The notes under the pieces are model-generated. The model saw only the letters and a list, made by a program, of their open reading frames with translations, was not told the DNA's origin and made no database searches. The translations under genes were made by a program, and so were the position numbers. A stretch of DNA of 64,000 nt from Escherichia phage UE-S1, in the sequence record ON568341.1. The stretch is one strand, 5' to 3'. The first letter of the stretch is position 1. Each line of letters opens with the position of its first letter. Below, one piece after another: positions 47,101-56,758 of this stretch.

Positions 47101-49601
47101 TTAGGAAGAACACTAGCAATAGAAGATTCTTTACTAACAATTGCACCAGTGCTGGTTAGTGATTTTGCAGTTACATCAGCATTAGTAAGGTCAACTGTTC
47201 CATTAACGGTTAGATCTCCCCCAACTGTTGCACCAGCAGTAGTAGTAATTGAATTAGCATTAACATCTGCTTTAGTTAGATCAATTGAACCTGGAATGAT
47301 TGCACCAGAGACAGTTAGATCACCAGTTACTTTTGTATTATTAGCAATTGTAATTCCATGTTCATTGGAAATATTAGGAGTTACTAATGAAGGAGTAGTA
47401 GTTACGCCAGATACATTTAATGTTGTACCAACTAATACACTTGATAGATTAGATTGTCCAGTTACGTGAAGTTCATCTGCATTAACAGTTGTGATAGTTG
47501 CAGTTGTACTTTTAAGTACTGGGAGTACGTTTTCGGACACACTATCATTGCTTTTAATAACACCAGAAGTAGTAAGTGATTTAACATTAAGTTCGGCTTC
47601 TGATAAATCAAAAGAACCTTTAACTACGAGGTCACCACCTACTGTTGCACCAGCAGTAGTAGTAATAGATTTTGCATTAAGTTCGGCTGCACTTAAATCT
47701 AGTGAACCAACAGTTAAGCTACCAGTGATATCAACATTTTCAGTAAAGGTAGTCTCCCCACTAATCGTTGGGGCAGTTAAACTCGTCGCAGTGATATTAG
47801 TACCTTTGATTGTTTCACCACTTAATGTACCACTAGCAGTAATAGTCGGTGCGGTAACTTCTGTAGATGCACTAATTGTTGGTGCGGAAACCGAAGTTGT
47901 ACCAGTAATAACACCAGAACTTACTGATCCAGCAGATAATGCACCAGAAAGAGTTGCAGTTGTACCAGTAATATCACCAGTGACAGTTAGTGCTCCACCA
48001 ACAGTAGTATCACCTGTACTTTCCAAAGTTGCACCTTTGACATGTTCGGCTGCCACAACTGATTTTGGTGTTAAATCTTGTCCACTAACGTCAACGGTTA
48101 AACCAGTTACTTTACCAGTGAAATCAACATCATTAAGAATTGCCTTACCACCAACTTGTAGGAATGGTGTACTTGGGTCTTGTGTTTCGTTACCTGTAAT
48201 TGTTAGATAATCTAATTTGTTTAGACCATTACCAGTAATACCATATGTTGATAGTGATGCATTGCCAAATGTTGCAGTTTTAAGAACTTTCAATGTAGCT
48301 GGAGAAACCAACTCAGATTGAACTTCATTCGGTAAAATAACAGTTGGTCGTTGTTCTGGTGTAGTATATGCAAAACCGAGTTTAACCGCTGGGTCTTGAC
48401 TATTTTTACCTAAACTGATAGATTTGAAAGTTGCAGTACCGTTTAAACCAGTAATATTAGAACCTAGTGTAACACCACCCACCAATGAAGTAGTTCCTGA
48501 TACATTCAATGTGGTTGCATTAATATCATCCAACTGGAATTCGCCACCAAGAAGACCAGAAACATTAATGTTATTAAAATTAGCTGTGCCAGTACTTTCA
48601 ATATTTGGGATAGTTGCAGTACCAGTAACTTCAAAATCAGCAACTTTAGTTTTACCTTTTTTTACTTCTAGAAGTGGTGTGTCTGGTGATTGAGTATCGT
48701 TACCAGAAACAGTTAGATAATCTAATTTGTTTAGACCATTACCAGTAATGCCATAGGTTGGCAATGATGCATTACCAAATGTTGCAGATGTCAAAACAGT
48801 CAATTTTGCTGGTGACATTAGTTCAGATTGAATTTCGTTTTGTAGAATTACAGTAGGACGCTTATCTGGGGCACTGTAAGGAAAGCTTAGTCTAAAGGTT
48901 TGTGATTCAGAGTTAGAGCCAATACGGATGTCTTTAAATGTAGCAGTACTATTAATACCTGTTACATTAGCACCAAAAGTTACAGCACCTTTTTGGTTAG
49001 ATGCACCAGTGACGTTCAATGTTTCAGCATTCAAATCAGAAAGATTAAACTCACCGCCTAGTGTACCATTAATGTTTACATCGTTGAATTCAGCAGTACC
49101 AGTGCTTGTAATATCAGTTGTAGACATAGTTGTGATTTCTGCGGAATTAGCAGTAATTTTATCAAAAGCAGCAGTTGTACCAACATCAGCAGTTAAGTTA
49201 CCTTTAAGTGTTGTTACTTCATCAACTTCTAAGCTTTTTACTTTAGTTTCTTGTAGTGCTGTTGACCCAGCAGTTTGTGTAAAATCACCACCAACTGACA
49301 CAACACCGTTAAATGTAGCATTTGCATTGATTGTTGCTGTATCAGAACCACCATCTTCACTACCGATAGTAGTGTTACCTTTAACATCAAGACCACCACT
49401 TAGTGTTGCTTTTCCAGCAACATCTAATGTAGATGTAATATTGGCAGTTTCTGTTTCAATGGCAGTAAAAGATGCATTTGCAAAAGATATACTACCATTT
49501 ACAGTTAGGTTATTCTTGAATACAGCATTCCCTTTGACTAAAAGATCCTTACCAACCGTGCCAGCACCAGTAATATCTAAGTCAGTTTTTATTGAGTACA
49601 T
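44118..49601 (-). CDS. giant repeat-rich tail fiber / adhesin-like protein (1827 aa)
   Basis: Very long Thr/Gly/Ser/Asn/Val-rich ORF with recurring blocks such as GSIDLTKADVNANSITTTAGATVGGDL; RBS GGAGGG before the ATG. Confidence 0.65.
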   Translation of the reverse strand: MYSIKTDLDITGAGTVGKDLLVKGNAVFKNNLTVNGSISFANASFTAIETETANITSTLDVAGKATLSGGLDVKGNTTIGSEDGGSDTATINANATFNGVVSVGGDFTQTAGSTALQETKVKSLEVDEVTTLKGNLTADVGTTAAFDKITANSAEITTMSTTDITSTGTAEFNDVNINGTLGGEFNLSDLNAETLNVTGASNQKGAVTFGANVTGINSTATFKDIRIGSNSESQTFRLSFPYSAPDKRPTVILQNEIQSELMSPAKLTVLTSATFGNASLPTYGITGNGLNKLDYLTVSGNDTQSPDTPLLEVKKGKTKVADFEVTGTATIPNIESTGTANFNNINVSGLLGGEFQLDDINATTLNVSGTTSLVGGVTLGSNITGLNGTATFKSISLGKNSQDPAVKLGFAYTTPEQRPTVILPNEVQSELVSPATLKVLKTATFGNASLSTYGITGNGLNKLDYLTITGNETQDPSTPFLQVGGKAILNDVDFTGKVTGLTVDVSGQDLTPKSVVAAEHVKGATLESTGDTTVGGALTVTGDITGTTATLSGALSAGSVSSGVITGTTSVSAPTISASTEVTAPTITASGTLSGETIKGTNITATSLTAPTISGETTFTENVDITGSLTVGSLDLSAAELNAKSITTTAGATVGGDLVVKGSFDLSEAELNVKSLTTSGVIKSNDSVSENVLPVLKSTTATITTVNADELHVTGQSNLSSVLVGTTLNVSGVTTTPSLVTPNISNEHGITIANNTKVTGDLTVSGAIIPGSIDLTKADVNANSITTTAGATVGGDLTVNGTVDLTNADVTAKSLTSTGAIVSKESSIASVLPKLESTDGTITTLGSTTANITNLKVTGTSTVADMTSSGKVKAVTIETPTISNDDGVSISNDTTITGNLTVSGTVSPGTIDLSQTEVNAKSITTTEGANIGGDLVVSGTVNLSGADVSVKSLTSSGIITVNSKDGINALPKVKSTEITTTTLNATNAVVAGDISAASANITGEMNGISLTLSGEETALTVTNNATIGGALTVGSITSASETVSITKNTAITGDLAVSGTLTAGVIDLSKTDVSVKSLNSLGDATVHGNLTVDGSIDLKSANIVGVTLESTGSTTVGTDLVLTTGNITGNPSISGNMSVAGTTTLTGATTISSTLNTAEKLTVDAGGIKVVSGDVQVDKGSITAPSANISGNSTLNSATVTTTLDVTGEASLNGGLTASTLDVTGDSSVQQLTVKGKFIPEGGLDLSGADLNVNSVSAAKTLSVTGASTLSGGVTTTTINASDKVTAKDLSTGTLEVTTNGTVGGTLGVTGKTTVGSLESGSISATSGTFSSTLDVTGAATFGNNVNITGTLTPGALDLTSTDVVANSLSVAQTLHSDGNATIGGTLDVTGNASASSMTLNGDDIALTVTNNAKVGGKLNVTGTATVGALTSEGSIKTGSSVIIGTQVGEHSETVQIFPNTYIAGSLRVDGGINADIDVSGQTIEPYAVKAANTISAAGNITSGAELISKSATIGDVGSKNNNLTINGNVVNNGDFTVTGILNATLNQSNSDVAVKSLTATNGVAAGTSITAGENITATKLLKGNTLEVMTTGSFGGAVTMSAGANVTGSLTVDGKLTASSITLEDATVTTITTSGAATLASASVTGEATIGGTLTVTGLMTANGSVVLGDSDSDTLTVNATSSFKENAVFDKGVTVTGHLSTTNADFTTTKVTTKKYDVIPNQVTSSVIAPSGTWTPDGTSNVYFITLDQDTTLAPITGLIGGGKASSVYIYVKQDTTGNRNFTTDGTYAVVDGTLNKTANSVTIYQVIYDGVSSVADMFIAQRTA

Positions 49602-49673
49602 TTATACCCTCCATGATAACCTTGTTAATATGTATATATTTAGTTTTATTCTTCTGTTAACTAATAATTTGTC

Positions 49674-49709
49674 AAAATAAAAAACCAGACTTATTGATAA
49701 CAAGTCTGG
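49674..49709 (-). terminator. intrinsic terminator (minus strand)
   Basis: On the minus strand CCAGACTT guuaucaau AAGTCTGG followed by TTTTTTATTTT, downstream of gene 49718..50617. Confidence 0.55.
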
Positions 49710-49717
49710 ATTCATTT

Positions 49718-50617
49718 TTACTTACCAGAGATAACAATCTTCCCACTGAATGTAACATCAGAAGTAAAGATTACGTCACCAGTATTGCTAATTTGTGTGC
49801 CAGTTACTACCAATTCAAATGGTGATGTCGAAACACTACCAGGTGTCTTATTTGCATAAATCGAAACATACAAATTTTCTGGTGATTGTTTGTGTTCAGA
49901 TGCTGGAATTGTGATGGTGAACTCATCTTTATTAGAAATCCAATCATCTTGGTTTATCAATTTACTATAAGGTACTGTCATTGTTGTTGCTCCTATAATG
50001 TTTACTATAACATTTATATAATCCGTAATTTTGCCAATTGCATCTATTGTAATATCACCAGCACCGTTCACTACTACAGATGTTTGAAATACTGAATCCA
50101 ATGTCCTACTACCAGGAGAATCACCATGTAGTTGTATCATGATATCAGGCCCACGCCCATGTACAGATGCTGGAATGGTGTATGTATAATGGTCGGTAGT
50201 ATCTGGTACTAATGTAAATGCAGATACTGGTACAGTTTCAGTTGTTACATATGAACTATCAGTTTCATGTGAACTACCTTTGAATGATTTCCAAATACCA
50301 AGGTCTTTAATATAAATTTGAAGAACATTAGTTTCATCAACTAAAAAATACACATCACCATCTGACCCAATAGATTCATCCGGGGCACTGGTCCCACGCA
50401 AAATACCAGAACTACCAGTGCCACTATGTGCGTTTAGATATCCTAACGTAACTAGATGTGTGTTAGCGGTCGGGTCACCTGCTGAAATTGGAAGAAGTTT
50501 TGTTCCTGAGTAGTTTTGTATTTGCACGACACTACCATTTGTGGTAATCTGTGCACCATTCTTCCCAAGAATGAAGGATTTCTTCATTGTTCCTTCTAAA
50601 TTAGAAAAAACTGCCAT
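49718..50617 (-). CDS. tail fiber/spike protein sharing an N-terminal module with the upstream gene
   Basis: N-terminus MAVFSNLEGTMKKSFILGKNGAQ nearly identical to that of gene 50634..52775; RBS AAGGAG. Confidence 0.55.
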   Translation of the reverse strand: MAVFSNLEGTMKKSFILGKNGAQITTNGSVVQIQNYSGTKLLPISAGDPTANTHLVTLGYLNAHSGTGSSGILRGTSAPDESIGSDGDVYFLVDETNVLQIYIKDLGIWKSFKGSSHETDSSYVTTETVPVSAFTLVPDTTDHYTYTIPASVHGRGPDIMIQLHGDSPGSRTLDSVFQTSVVVNGAGDITIDAIGKITDYINVIVNIIGATTMTVPYSKLINQDDWISNKDEFTITIPASEHKQSPENLYVSIYANKTPGSVSTSPFELVVTGTQISNTGDVIFTSDVTFSGKIVISGK

Positions 50618-50633
50618 TTTAATTTAATCTCCT

Positions 50634-52775
50634 TTATGGTAGGGTTATATACGTTACTGGCTGGGCAGCTTTTAATGATGCACCAGCGGCAGTTGCTGTT
50701 ATGATGGGATCTGCAATATCAATTCTATATACATTATTAACAACATATACTGCACGAGTTATATACGTTTTCAAATCATCACCATTTTCCCCAGCACCAG
50801 ATATAATGATCTCAGTACCAGCCGCTTTTGCATATTGGTTATCACCCCATGACACACCCAATGCTTCTATATACGTTTGTCCTACTGTCGTTTGTCTAAT
50901 TGTGTCATATTTTCCAAAAAATGAACCACCCACTGTTACAATATATTTTCCACCAGATTTTTTATGTATAATCGTCCCTTCTGGGAAGTATCTTCCTCCA
51001 GGAAAAGTATCATATGGAATATAATATTGCTCAACTACAGGTATTAGTACTGGACCACGGTGACCAGTACCGTCAATTGCAGTTGTTACTTTGAAATTAT
51101 TAGATGATTGATCGATTCTATCTACGTACATTTTAGAAAAACTATATTTTGAAACATTACAATCATCTTGAACAACACAGTTAGTCCAATTAGTATAAGT
51201 ATATTTAGAGCGAGTATACATACCCCCACCTTCACCTTCAGTGGAAAGGTGTTGTCCTATGACATCTAATTCTTTTGTTCTGATATCACTAAATTTAGAT
51301 GAAGATGGTAGACCACGCCAAAGAATTTTAGAACAAGTAATATTACTTAATTCTGTACTATTCAACCAATTATCCGATCCAGAAGTATAAACGATTACGG
51401 AAGACTCTGGTATATAGAGATTGGATATTTTAAAGTTTCTAGGTGGACCAGCAAATCGACCACCAGTTACACCCCAGTTAATAGATACCATACGGTTTGT
51501 GACTGTAGGATCATTAAGTAAATGTCCGGTTAAACCATCAATTACAAACTCTTTTGAACCATAAGTTATTACACCAGCAGTTGTTAACCCAGTACCAACG
51601 GAAATTAAAGATGATGGGTACACCTCATTATCAAGTATTTTGAAATCCATTCCCAATTCGACATGGATACATTGTCTAACATTATAAAGTCTATTATTCT
51701 TAATAACAAAGTTTCTAACATATTGTGTATCAGGGGCATCCAAATCATAAGGACCAGACCCAGCAACACCAATACCAATACCCCAGTTTGAAAGCGGGAT
51801 TGGTGCATCAGAACCATCAACATTTTCAATTATATTACCTTCAATTACAAAACCATCAGGATAATGTGAGTTAATAACGTTCAATTCAATTGCATCCCCG
51901 TAGATATCATGAATGTGGTTGTATGAATAACGACCAACCTTCATTTTCTCACCAGTTCCTTGTTGGAGAACGCCATATTTACATTTAGTCATTTCATTAA
52001 AGCAAAAATCTATTGTGCCAGATTGGGTCATACCTTGCATTAAGAACGCAGCAGTACTGGTAATGTTAATAAATTTATTAAAATAAAATTTACCATCCCC
52101 GCCAAAGAATTTCAAATAACAGCCAGTAAGTGTGGTGAATTGAATTTGTGAATTAATAACGGATATCATAGTTCCACCATTACCCGTAATAGTGCCACCA
52201 AACCAAGTTACATCTTCCAAATATACTGCTTTTTTGATACGATAATTACCACCTGCTTGAATTTGTATTTTATTTTCTTTTGCATAAGTTGCACACAAAT
52301 TTACAGCTTCAGTGTCATCGGTTTCCCCATCACCTTTCGCACCAAATTCTTCTGGTGTTATATAGAACTGTGCTTGTTGAACTGTACCGCCAGTAACAAG
52401 GCCAATGAAATCACCACCATTTTTACTTGATAGTGCTTTTTTATTAATGTAGAGTGATTTAATCCAAGTACCATTAGTTTTTACGAAGATATCAACAATA
52501 CCATCTTCATCAATTTGAAAATAAGTATTATTATTTTTTCCAATATCATCTGACGGTGATTGAACACCAAATAATGCATTTGGATTATCTTCAAGGTATC
52601 TAATATTAACTGCTGAATCTTGGTCTGATGGTGTTCCTACTTTTAGTGGTAGAAACTTTTCACCTAGATAATCTTTTATCGATACGGAATCATTGACGAA
52701 ATTTATCGAAGCACCATTTTTACCCAATATCATTTTTGGTTTCATGGTCCCTTCAAAATTAGAAAATACTGCCAT
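50634..52775 (-). CDS. tailspike/fiber protein with shared N-terminal module and large divergent C-terminal domain
   Basis: Start reassigned to internal Met (MAVFSNFEGTMK) preceded by AGGGGGG; the track's 44 aa N-terminal extension lacks an RBS; ~713 aa. Confidence 0.55.
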   Translation of the reverse strand: MAVFSNFEGTMKPKMILGKNGASINFVNDSVSIKDYLGEKFLPLKVGTPSDQDSAVNIRYLEDNPNALFGVQSPSDDIGKNNNTYFQIDEDGIVDIFVKTNGTWIKSLYINKKALSSKNGGDFIGLVTGGTVQQAQFYITPEEFGAKGDGETDDTEAVNLCATYAKENKIQIQAGGNYRIKKAVYLEDVTWFGGTITGNGGTMISVINSQIQFTTLTGCYLKFFGGDGKFYFNKFINITSTAAFLMQGMTQSGTIDFCFNEMTKCKYGVLQQGTGEKMKVGRYSYNHIHDIYGDAIELNVINSHYPDGFVIEGNIIENVDGSDAPIPLSNWGIGIGVAGSGPYDLDAPDTQYVRNFVIKNNRLYNVRQCIHVELGMDFKILDNEVYPSSLISVGTGLTTAGVITYGSKEFVIDGLTGHLLNDPTVTNRMVSINWGVTGGRFAGPPRNFKISNLYIPESSVIVYTSGSDNWLNSTELSNITCSKILWRGLPSSSKFSDIRTKELDVIGQHLSTEGEGGGMYTRSKYTYTNWTNCVVQDDCNVSKYSFSKMYVDRIDQSSNNFKVTTAIDGTGHRGPVLIPVVEQYYIPYDTFPGGRYFPEGTIIHKKSGGKYIVTVGGSFFGKYDTIRQTTVGQTYIEALGVSWGDNQYAKAAGTEIIISGAGENGDDLKTYITRAVYVVNNVYRIDIADPIITATAAGASLKAAQPVTYITLP

Positions 52776-52788
52776 TATGACACCCCCC

Positions 52789-53916
52789 TTAAATATTATC
52801 TTGAATAGGTTGGACCGGAGCTTGCCATGAAAGAGTACAAATAATTTCCATTTTACCATAAGGACTATTATTAACTGAATCATTGAATACACATGAAATA
52901 ATTTCATCTACATCTGAAACTTCATGATTTGTTTCATTAACAATAAAACGCATCTGGTGATTAATATCAAAGTAGGATGTTGGTGCAATGACAGTACCAC
53001 CAATATTTTCGTTTGCTTCACCACCGAAACGAACAAACATATCGGTTACTGGAATGGAGTAAGGTTGAAGAATATTTACATCAATATTTGAAACCACATA
53101 ACCAGCAGGACAAGTTCCTATAACCAATAGTGCGTTTGTCCATGAATGGTCAATGATATTTCTTATAGAAATTGTATCTTTACCTGGTGCACCCGGTTCA
53201 CCTTGCTTACCTTGAATACCTTGTGGACCTTCTTTACCACGGAATAAAATACCACTACTCCATTCTTTTGATGGTGGGGTGGTAGTTGTTACTTCATCTA
53301 CATAATAAAGTTTACCATCAGTGTTGTTATAGAAACAATAATCAACTGGGAGGTTTTCTATGCTTGGAAATTGATCACCACTACCGTCAATATGGAAACG
53401 ACCACGTGGACCTTGCTCGCCACGGAAAGGAATACCATCACTCCATGTTGCTGTTACTTTTTGATAAAAATATAATTTACCATCTTGTGTATTGTAAAAT
53501 GTATAGTTATCAAAAAGACCAGAACTTGGAAAATTAGTTCCCGCACTATCGATATGAAAAGGCTTACCAGCTTCACCAGTATCACCTTTACCAAATTCTA
53601 CACTAATCCATGTACTGGTTTGTTCTTGTGCATCATTTGATTTAAAATACAAAGTACTTGTGTTATTTGCCAAGCTAAGGTAGCACCAACCAAGTGGTTC
53701 ACCAACTTTGAATTTATCAGACGGAACTTCAAAACCAATCTCGTTTGGATAAAAGTTCTTACCGTTTTCACCATTTTGTCCTACAACAAGACCTAAATCT
53801 TGAATTGTATTATCGGTATAGGTTACAATTAAATGACCAGCAGCATTAATAACTAGACTTTTGATGCCGGAGTTATTACATGAACCACTGGACCCATTGT
53901 TAAATGAAATTGTCAT
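52789..53916 (-). CDS. fiber-like protein with collagen-like Gly-X-Y repeats
   Basis: GEQGPRGRF and GKEGPQGIQGKQGEPGAPGKD triplet runs. Confidence 0.55.
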   Translation of the reverse strand: MTISFNNGSSGSCNNSGIKSLVINAAGHLIVTYTDNTIQDLGLVVGQNGENGKNFYPNEIGFEVPSDKFKVGEPLGWCYLSLANNTSTLYFKSNDAQEQTSTWISVEFGKGDTGEAGKPFHIDSAGTNFPSSGLFDNYTFYNTQDGKLYFYQKVTATWSDGIPFRGEQGPRGRFHIDGSGDQFPSIENLPVDYCFYNNTDGKLYYVDEVTTTTPPSKEWSSGILFRGKEGPQGIQGKQGEPGAPGKDTISIRNIIDHSWTNALLVIGTCPAGYVVSNIDVNILQPYSIPVTDMFVRFGGEANENIGGTVIAPTSYFDINHQMRFIVNETNHEVSDVDEIISCVFNDSVNNSPYGKMEIICTLSWQAPVQPIQDNI

Positions 53917-53953
53917 ATTATTTCCCTTTTATGAGTTAATGTCATATACCAAT

Positions 53954-53961
53954 ATTTATCA
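53954..53961 (-). promoter_or_regulatory. candidate late-promoter-like motif GATAAATA (minus strand)
   Basis: 38 nt upstream of the minus-strand ATG at 53916 in the divergent intergenic region. Confidence 0.25.
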
Positions 53962-53986
53962 GTACAAAATACATTTCGTCGCCATT

Positions 53987-53994
53987 AATAAATA
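53987..53994 (+). promoter_or_regulatory. candidate late-promoter-like motif AATAAATA
   Basis: 32 nt upstream of the plus-strand ATG at 54026. Confidence 0.25.
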
Positions 53995-54025
53995 AATGAA
54001 AGTTCACTACTAAAAGGGCTTAACA

Positions 54026-54523
54026 ATGGCATTAAGATCAAAAAACTTTCTTTTTAAAAGAAAAACAAAAGATGGTTCATGGCAAGATTTTCCTGAATCC
54101 GATAGTTGGTATCCAGCTAATTTGGATTATCTTTGGAATGAACAAACATTACCACTGGCAAGTGGTGGCTACTATGGTAGCACTACTGGGTTGCATACCA
54201 TTTCATTTACACTACGTAATTTTATTGGTAGAATTTATGTATTAGCAACATTAGCTAGTAATCCGACTGACGATGATTGGTTCCCAATTAAATTCACTGA
54301 AAGTTGTAAATATTATCTTGAATTTACTGATATGGTTATTTTAAATCCAAACGGCGGTGATTTAATTAGACAACAAGGAACTACCGGAACATTTGCAGAA
54401 ACAGTGACAGGCAACTTTACATATATTAAAGTTGGTATTGATCGTGATTATATTAGTAAGTACCCGTCTGATGTACAAAAAAGTTTAGCGGGTAAGTTAG
54501 AACAAATTTTAATTAACTACTAA
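54026..54523 (+). CDS. hypothetical protein (likely virion-associated)
   Basis: ORF track; inside the structural block. Confidence 0.5.
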   Translation: MALRSKNFLFKRKTKDGSWQDFPESDSWYPANLDYLWNEQTLPLASGGYYGSTTGLHTISFTLRNFIGRIYVLATLASNPTDDDWFPIKFTESCKYYLEFTDMVILNPNGGDLIRQQGTTGTFAETVTGNFTYIKVGIDRDYISKYPSDVQKSLAGKLEQILINY

Positions 54524-54532
54524 GGATTAGAA

Positions 54533-55141
54533 ATGAAATTAGAAGCAGAACAACCAAAACTATTCGTTAAAGGTCATGTACTAATTACCGACGTTACTGA
54601 TCCATCAAATCAAAAGGTCGTTTTAGATAAATCTAACGCTATTCACCCAGAAAATATGAGTACTGCAATTGCTAATGCGTTAGCATATAATCAAGATAGC
54701 ACAAGTATTCCTATTGGTTCGATTAGCGAGATGCGTTTTGGTAATGGTGGTACGGTAGTGTTAAGTACTGGTCGTGTCACTTACAAAAAACCACGTGTCA
54801 CTTCATTTGGTGGTTTGTATTCACAAACATATTTGAAAAAAATTAACCCTAGAATCACCGCTGGCATTGATTCACAATATAATAATATAACAACCGTGCA
54901 TATCCCAGGACAATCATATACGGACATTGTGTGCATTTGTACTCTTGGTTTAGGTGAACCATCAGACCAAGGTGTAAGTTCAGGTACAAGTATGGATGGA
55001 ACTTATGTATTTGACGAATTGGGTCTATATACTGATGGTGATAGCGGTATTCCGTTGACACATATCATTTTTCACCCAGTTGAGAAAAGTGCAAATCGTG
55101 TGTTGCAAATTAAATACACAGTTCGTGTACAACTACAATAA
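54533..55141 (+). CDS. hypothetical protein (likely virion-associated)
   Basis: ORF track. Confidence 0.5.
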   Translation: MKLEAEQPKLFVKGHVLITDVTDPSNQKVVLDKSNAIHPENMSTAIANALAYNQDSTSIPIGSISEMRFGNGGTVVLSTGRVTYKKPRVTSFGGLYSQTYLKKINPRITAGIDSQYNNITTVHIPGQSYTDIVCICTLGLGEPSDQGVSSGTSMDGTYVFDELGLYTDGDSGIPLTHIIFHPVEKSANRVLQIKYTVRVQLQ

Positions 55142-55153
55142 TGGGGTCAAATA

Positions 55154-56254
55154 ATGAGTGTAAGTTATACAATTTATAGAAGTAATGGTAGTGTTTATGC
55201 TACTATTCCAAATAATGTTATTCTGGGACCAAATCAACCAGGAAGCAACCCAGTTCCGTTAAATTTCGTTGGTAGGAATAAAGTAAGTTATGGACAAGCA
55301 TGGAATGAAAACTTTTTACATTTAGTTGAGAATTTCAGTTCAGCTTCTGCTCCACGCGGGAACGTCAATGGACAACTTTGGTACAGAAATGCTGGCAGTA
55401 CTGGCGAATTGTTGATATCATTGGTAGATAATGCCAGACAACCATCAGATATTGTAAGTGAAGCTGAGTGGGCTTCTATTCCCATGATTACAGTGTTCAA
55501 TACTGTACCTGACGGTGAAAATAGCGTCATGGGTCGCATGGTATTAACTAGTAATGGTGATTCACTTCGTGTATTAATGAAAAATAAAGAATGGCGTGAA
55601 ATTCAAACATCACGCCCAGAGAACAAAGAATATACATCATTATTGGATATTAACTATGACGATGGAAAAAAATACATTGAGTTCACACAAAATAATAGTA
55701 CCAAACCCATCGCATATTTTAACTTAGGTGGTACTTCACAAGTAGATACCAATAACTGGACAACCTTAACTAATGGTACTGGTGTATTTGAATTCGGTAG
55801 TAACTATTTTTATGAATTGAAAATTATGATTAGAGAGGTAAACGATTCATCTGGTGAAATTGTCTCAGTTCCATACAACTCAAAAACATTTTTTATTAAA
55901 GGACAATTTTATGTAGATAATCAAGGAACTTTTGTTCCTGGTTCAGTGGGGGCAAGCCAAATGCCAGATCCACGTAGAATTACTCAGCTAGAATCAATCA
56001 AGGACGTTATCACCAGTAGTCGTCAAAACTGGGATGTGAATATTGTTATTAATGGTGTAGATCCATCTCTACCTAATCCTAATGGTACATCCAAAGCAGA
56101 CTATGAAAGCTGGGTTATCAACTCACTAAACTCAAATAAAAACTTAGGTTTTCGAGTAGATGGAAGCATTGGTAATCTTTCTCCAGGTGAATCTGTGAAG
56201 CTACAAGCATCAGTACTATTAAATATTACAGGTATTCCAATTATTGGTGTATAA
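55154..56254 (+). CDS. hypothetical protein (likely virion-associated)
   Basis: ORF track. Confidence 0.5.
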   Translation: MSVSYTIYRSNGSVYATIPNNVILGPNQPGSNPVPLNFVGRNKVSYGQAWNENFLHLVENFSSASAPRGNVNGQLWYRNAGSTGELLISLVDNARQPSDIVSEAEWASIPMITVFNTVPDGENSVMGRMVLTSNGDSLRVLMKNKEWREIQTSRPENKEYTSLLDINYDDGKKYIEFTQNNSTKPIAYFNLGGTSQVDTNNWTTLTNGTGVFEFGSNYFYELKIMIREVNDSSGEIVSVPYNSKTFFIKGQFYVDNQGTFVPGSVGASQMPDPRRITQLESIKDVITSSRQNWDVNIVINGVDPSLPNPNGTSKADYESWVINSLNSNKNLGFRVDGSIGNLSPGESVKLQASVLLNITGIPIIGV

Positions 56255-56261
56255 AAAAAAA

Positions 56262-56283
56262 GGAGCCAAGTGGCTCCTTTTTT
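56262..56283. terminator. bidirectional intrinsic terminator
   Basis: A-run, GGAGCC aag tGGCTCC, T-run between convergent genes. Confidence 0.6.
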
Positions 56284-56746
56284 AATATCTATATGGTAAA
56301 CTATTGACAAACTGAGTACCTTCACGTATACTTTCCCATAATGAGTAAAAATCTTTCATTAAGTTGGTGTTAAGTAATGTGTTTTTAGCTCCTGGGTGTA
56401 ATGGTTTAGGCCACGAACCAATTTTAACCCATGCATAACCAGAGCTTTCATGATTTAAAATTGGTATAAATTCATTTTCAACCACAATAACAAATGAATA
56501 ATATTTAAATTTTCCATTTTTTGTGCAAAATACATCAAACGGTATAATATCAATAATATCTGGTATTGAGTCACCTAACTCTTCTTTAATTTCTCTCATC
56601 AAACCTTGTAATGGTGTTTCGTTATGTTCAAGCTTTCCACCAACAAATGCCCAGTTGTTAGAATAGGTACTTCTTTCAGAACGCAAGTTTAACATCATAT
56701 GTCCAGTACTTTTTGATAAAAAAATAGCACCAACAGCTTCATTCAT
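56282..56746 (-). CDS. NUDIX hydrolase (intact)
   Basis: GGKLEHNETPLQGLMREIKEELG Nudix box preceded by the N-terminal strand AVGAIFLSKSTGHMMLNLRSE. Confidence 0.75.
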   Translation of the reverse strand: MNEAVGAIFLSKSTGHMMLNLRSERSTYSNNWAFVGGKLEHNETPLQGLMREIKEELGDSIPDIIDIIPFDVFCTKNGKFKYYSFVIVVENEFIPILNHESSGYAWVKIGSWPKPLHPGAKNTLLNTNLMKDFYSLWESIREGTQFVNSLPYRY

Positions 56747-56758
56747 AACAACACCTCC

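Noticed and set aside
44509-49680. Six plus-strand ORFs (89-482 aa) antisense to the giant fiber gene
   Set aside because: Pro/Val/Thr/Ser-rich translations with no start context; an expected artifact of the antisense frame of a Thr/Gly/Ser/Asn-rich repetitive gene.
52776-52907. 44-aa N-terminal extension of the 757-aa tailspike ORF in the track
   Set aside because: The internal Met is preceded by a strong AGGGGGG RBS and begins the MAVFSNFEGTMK module shared with the neighbouring fiber gene; the extension is hydrophobic, unmatched and lacks an RBS.
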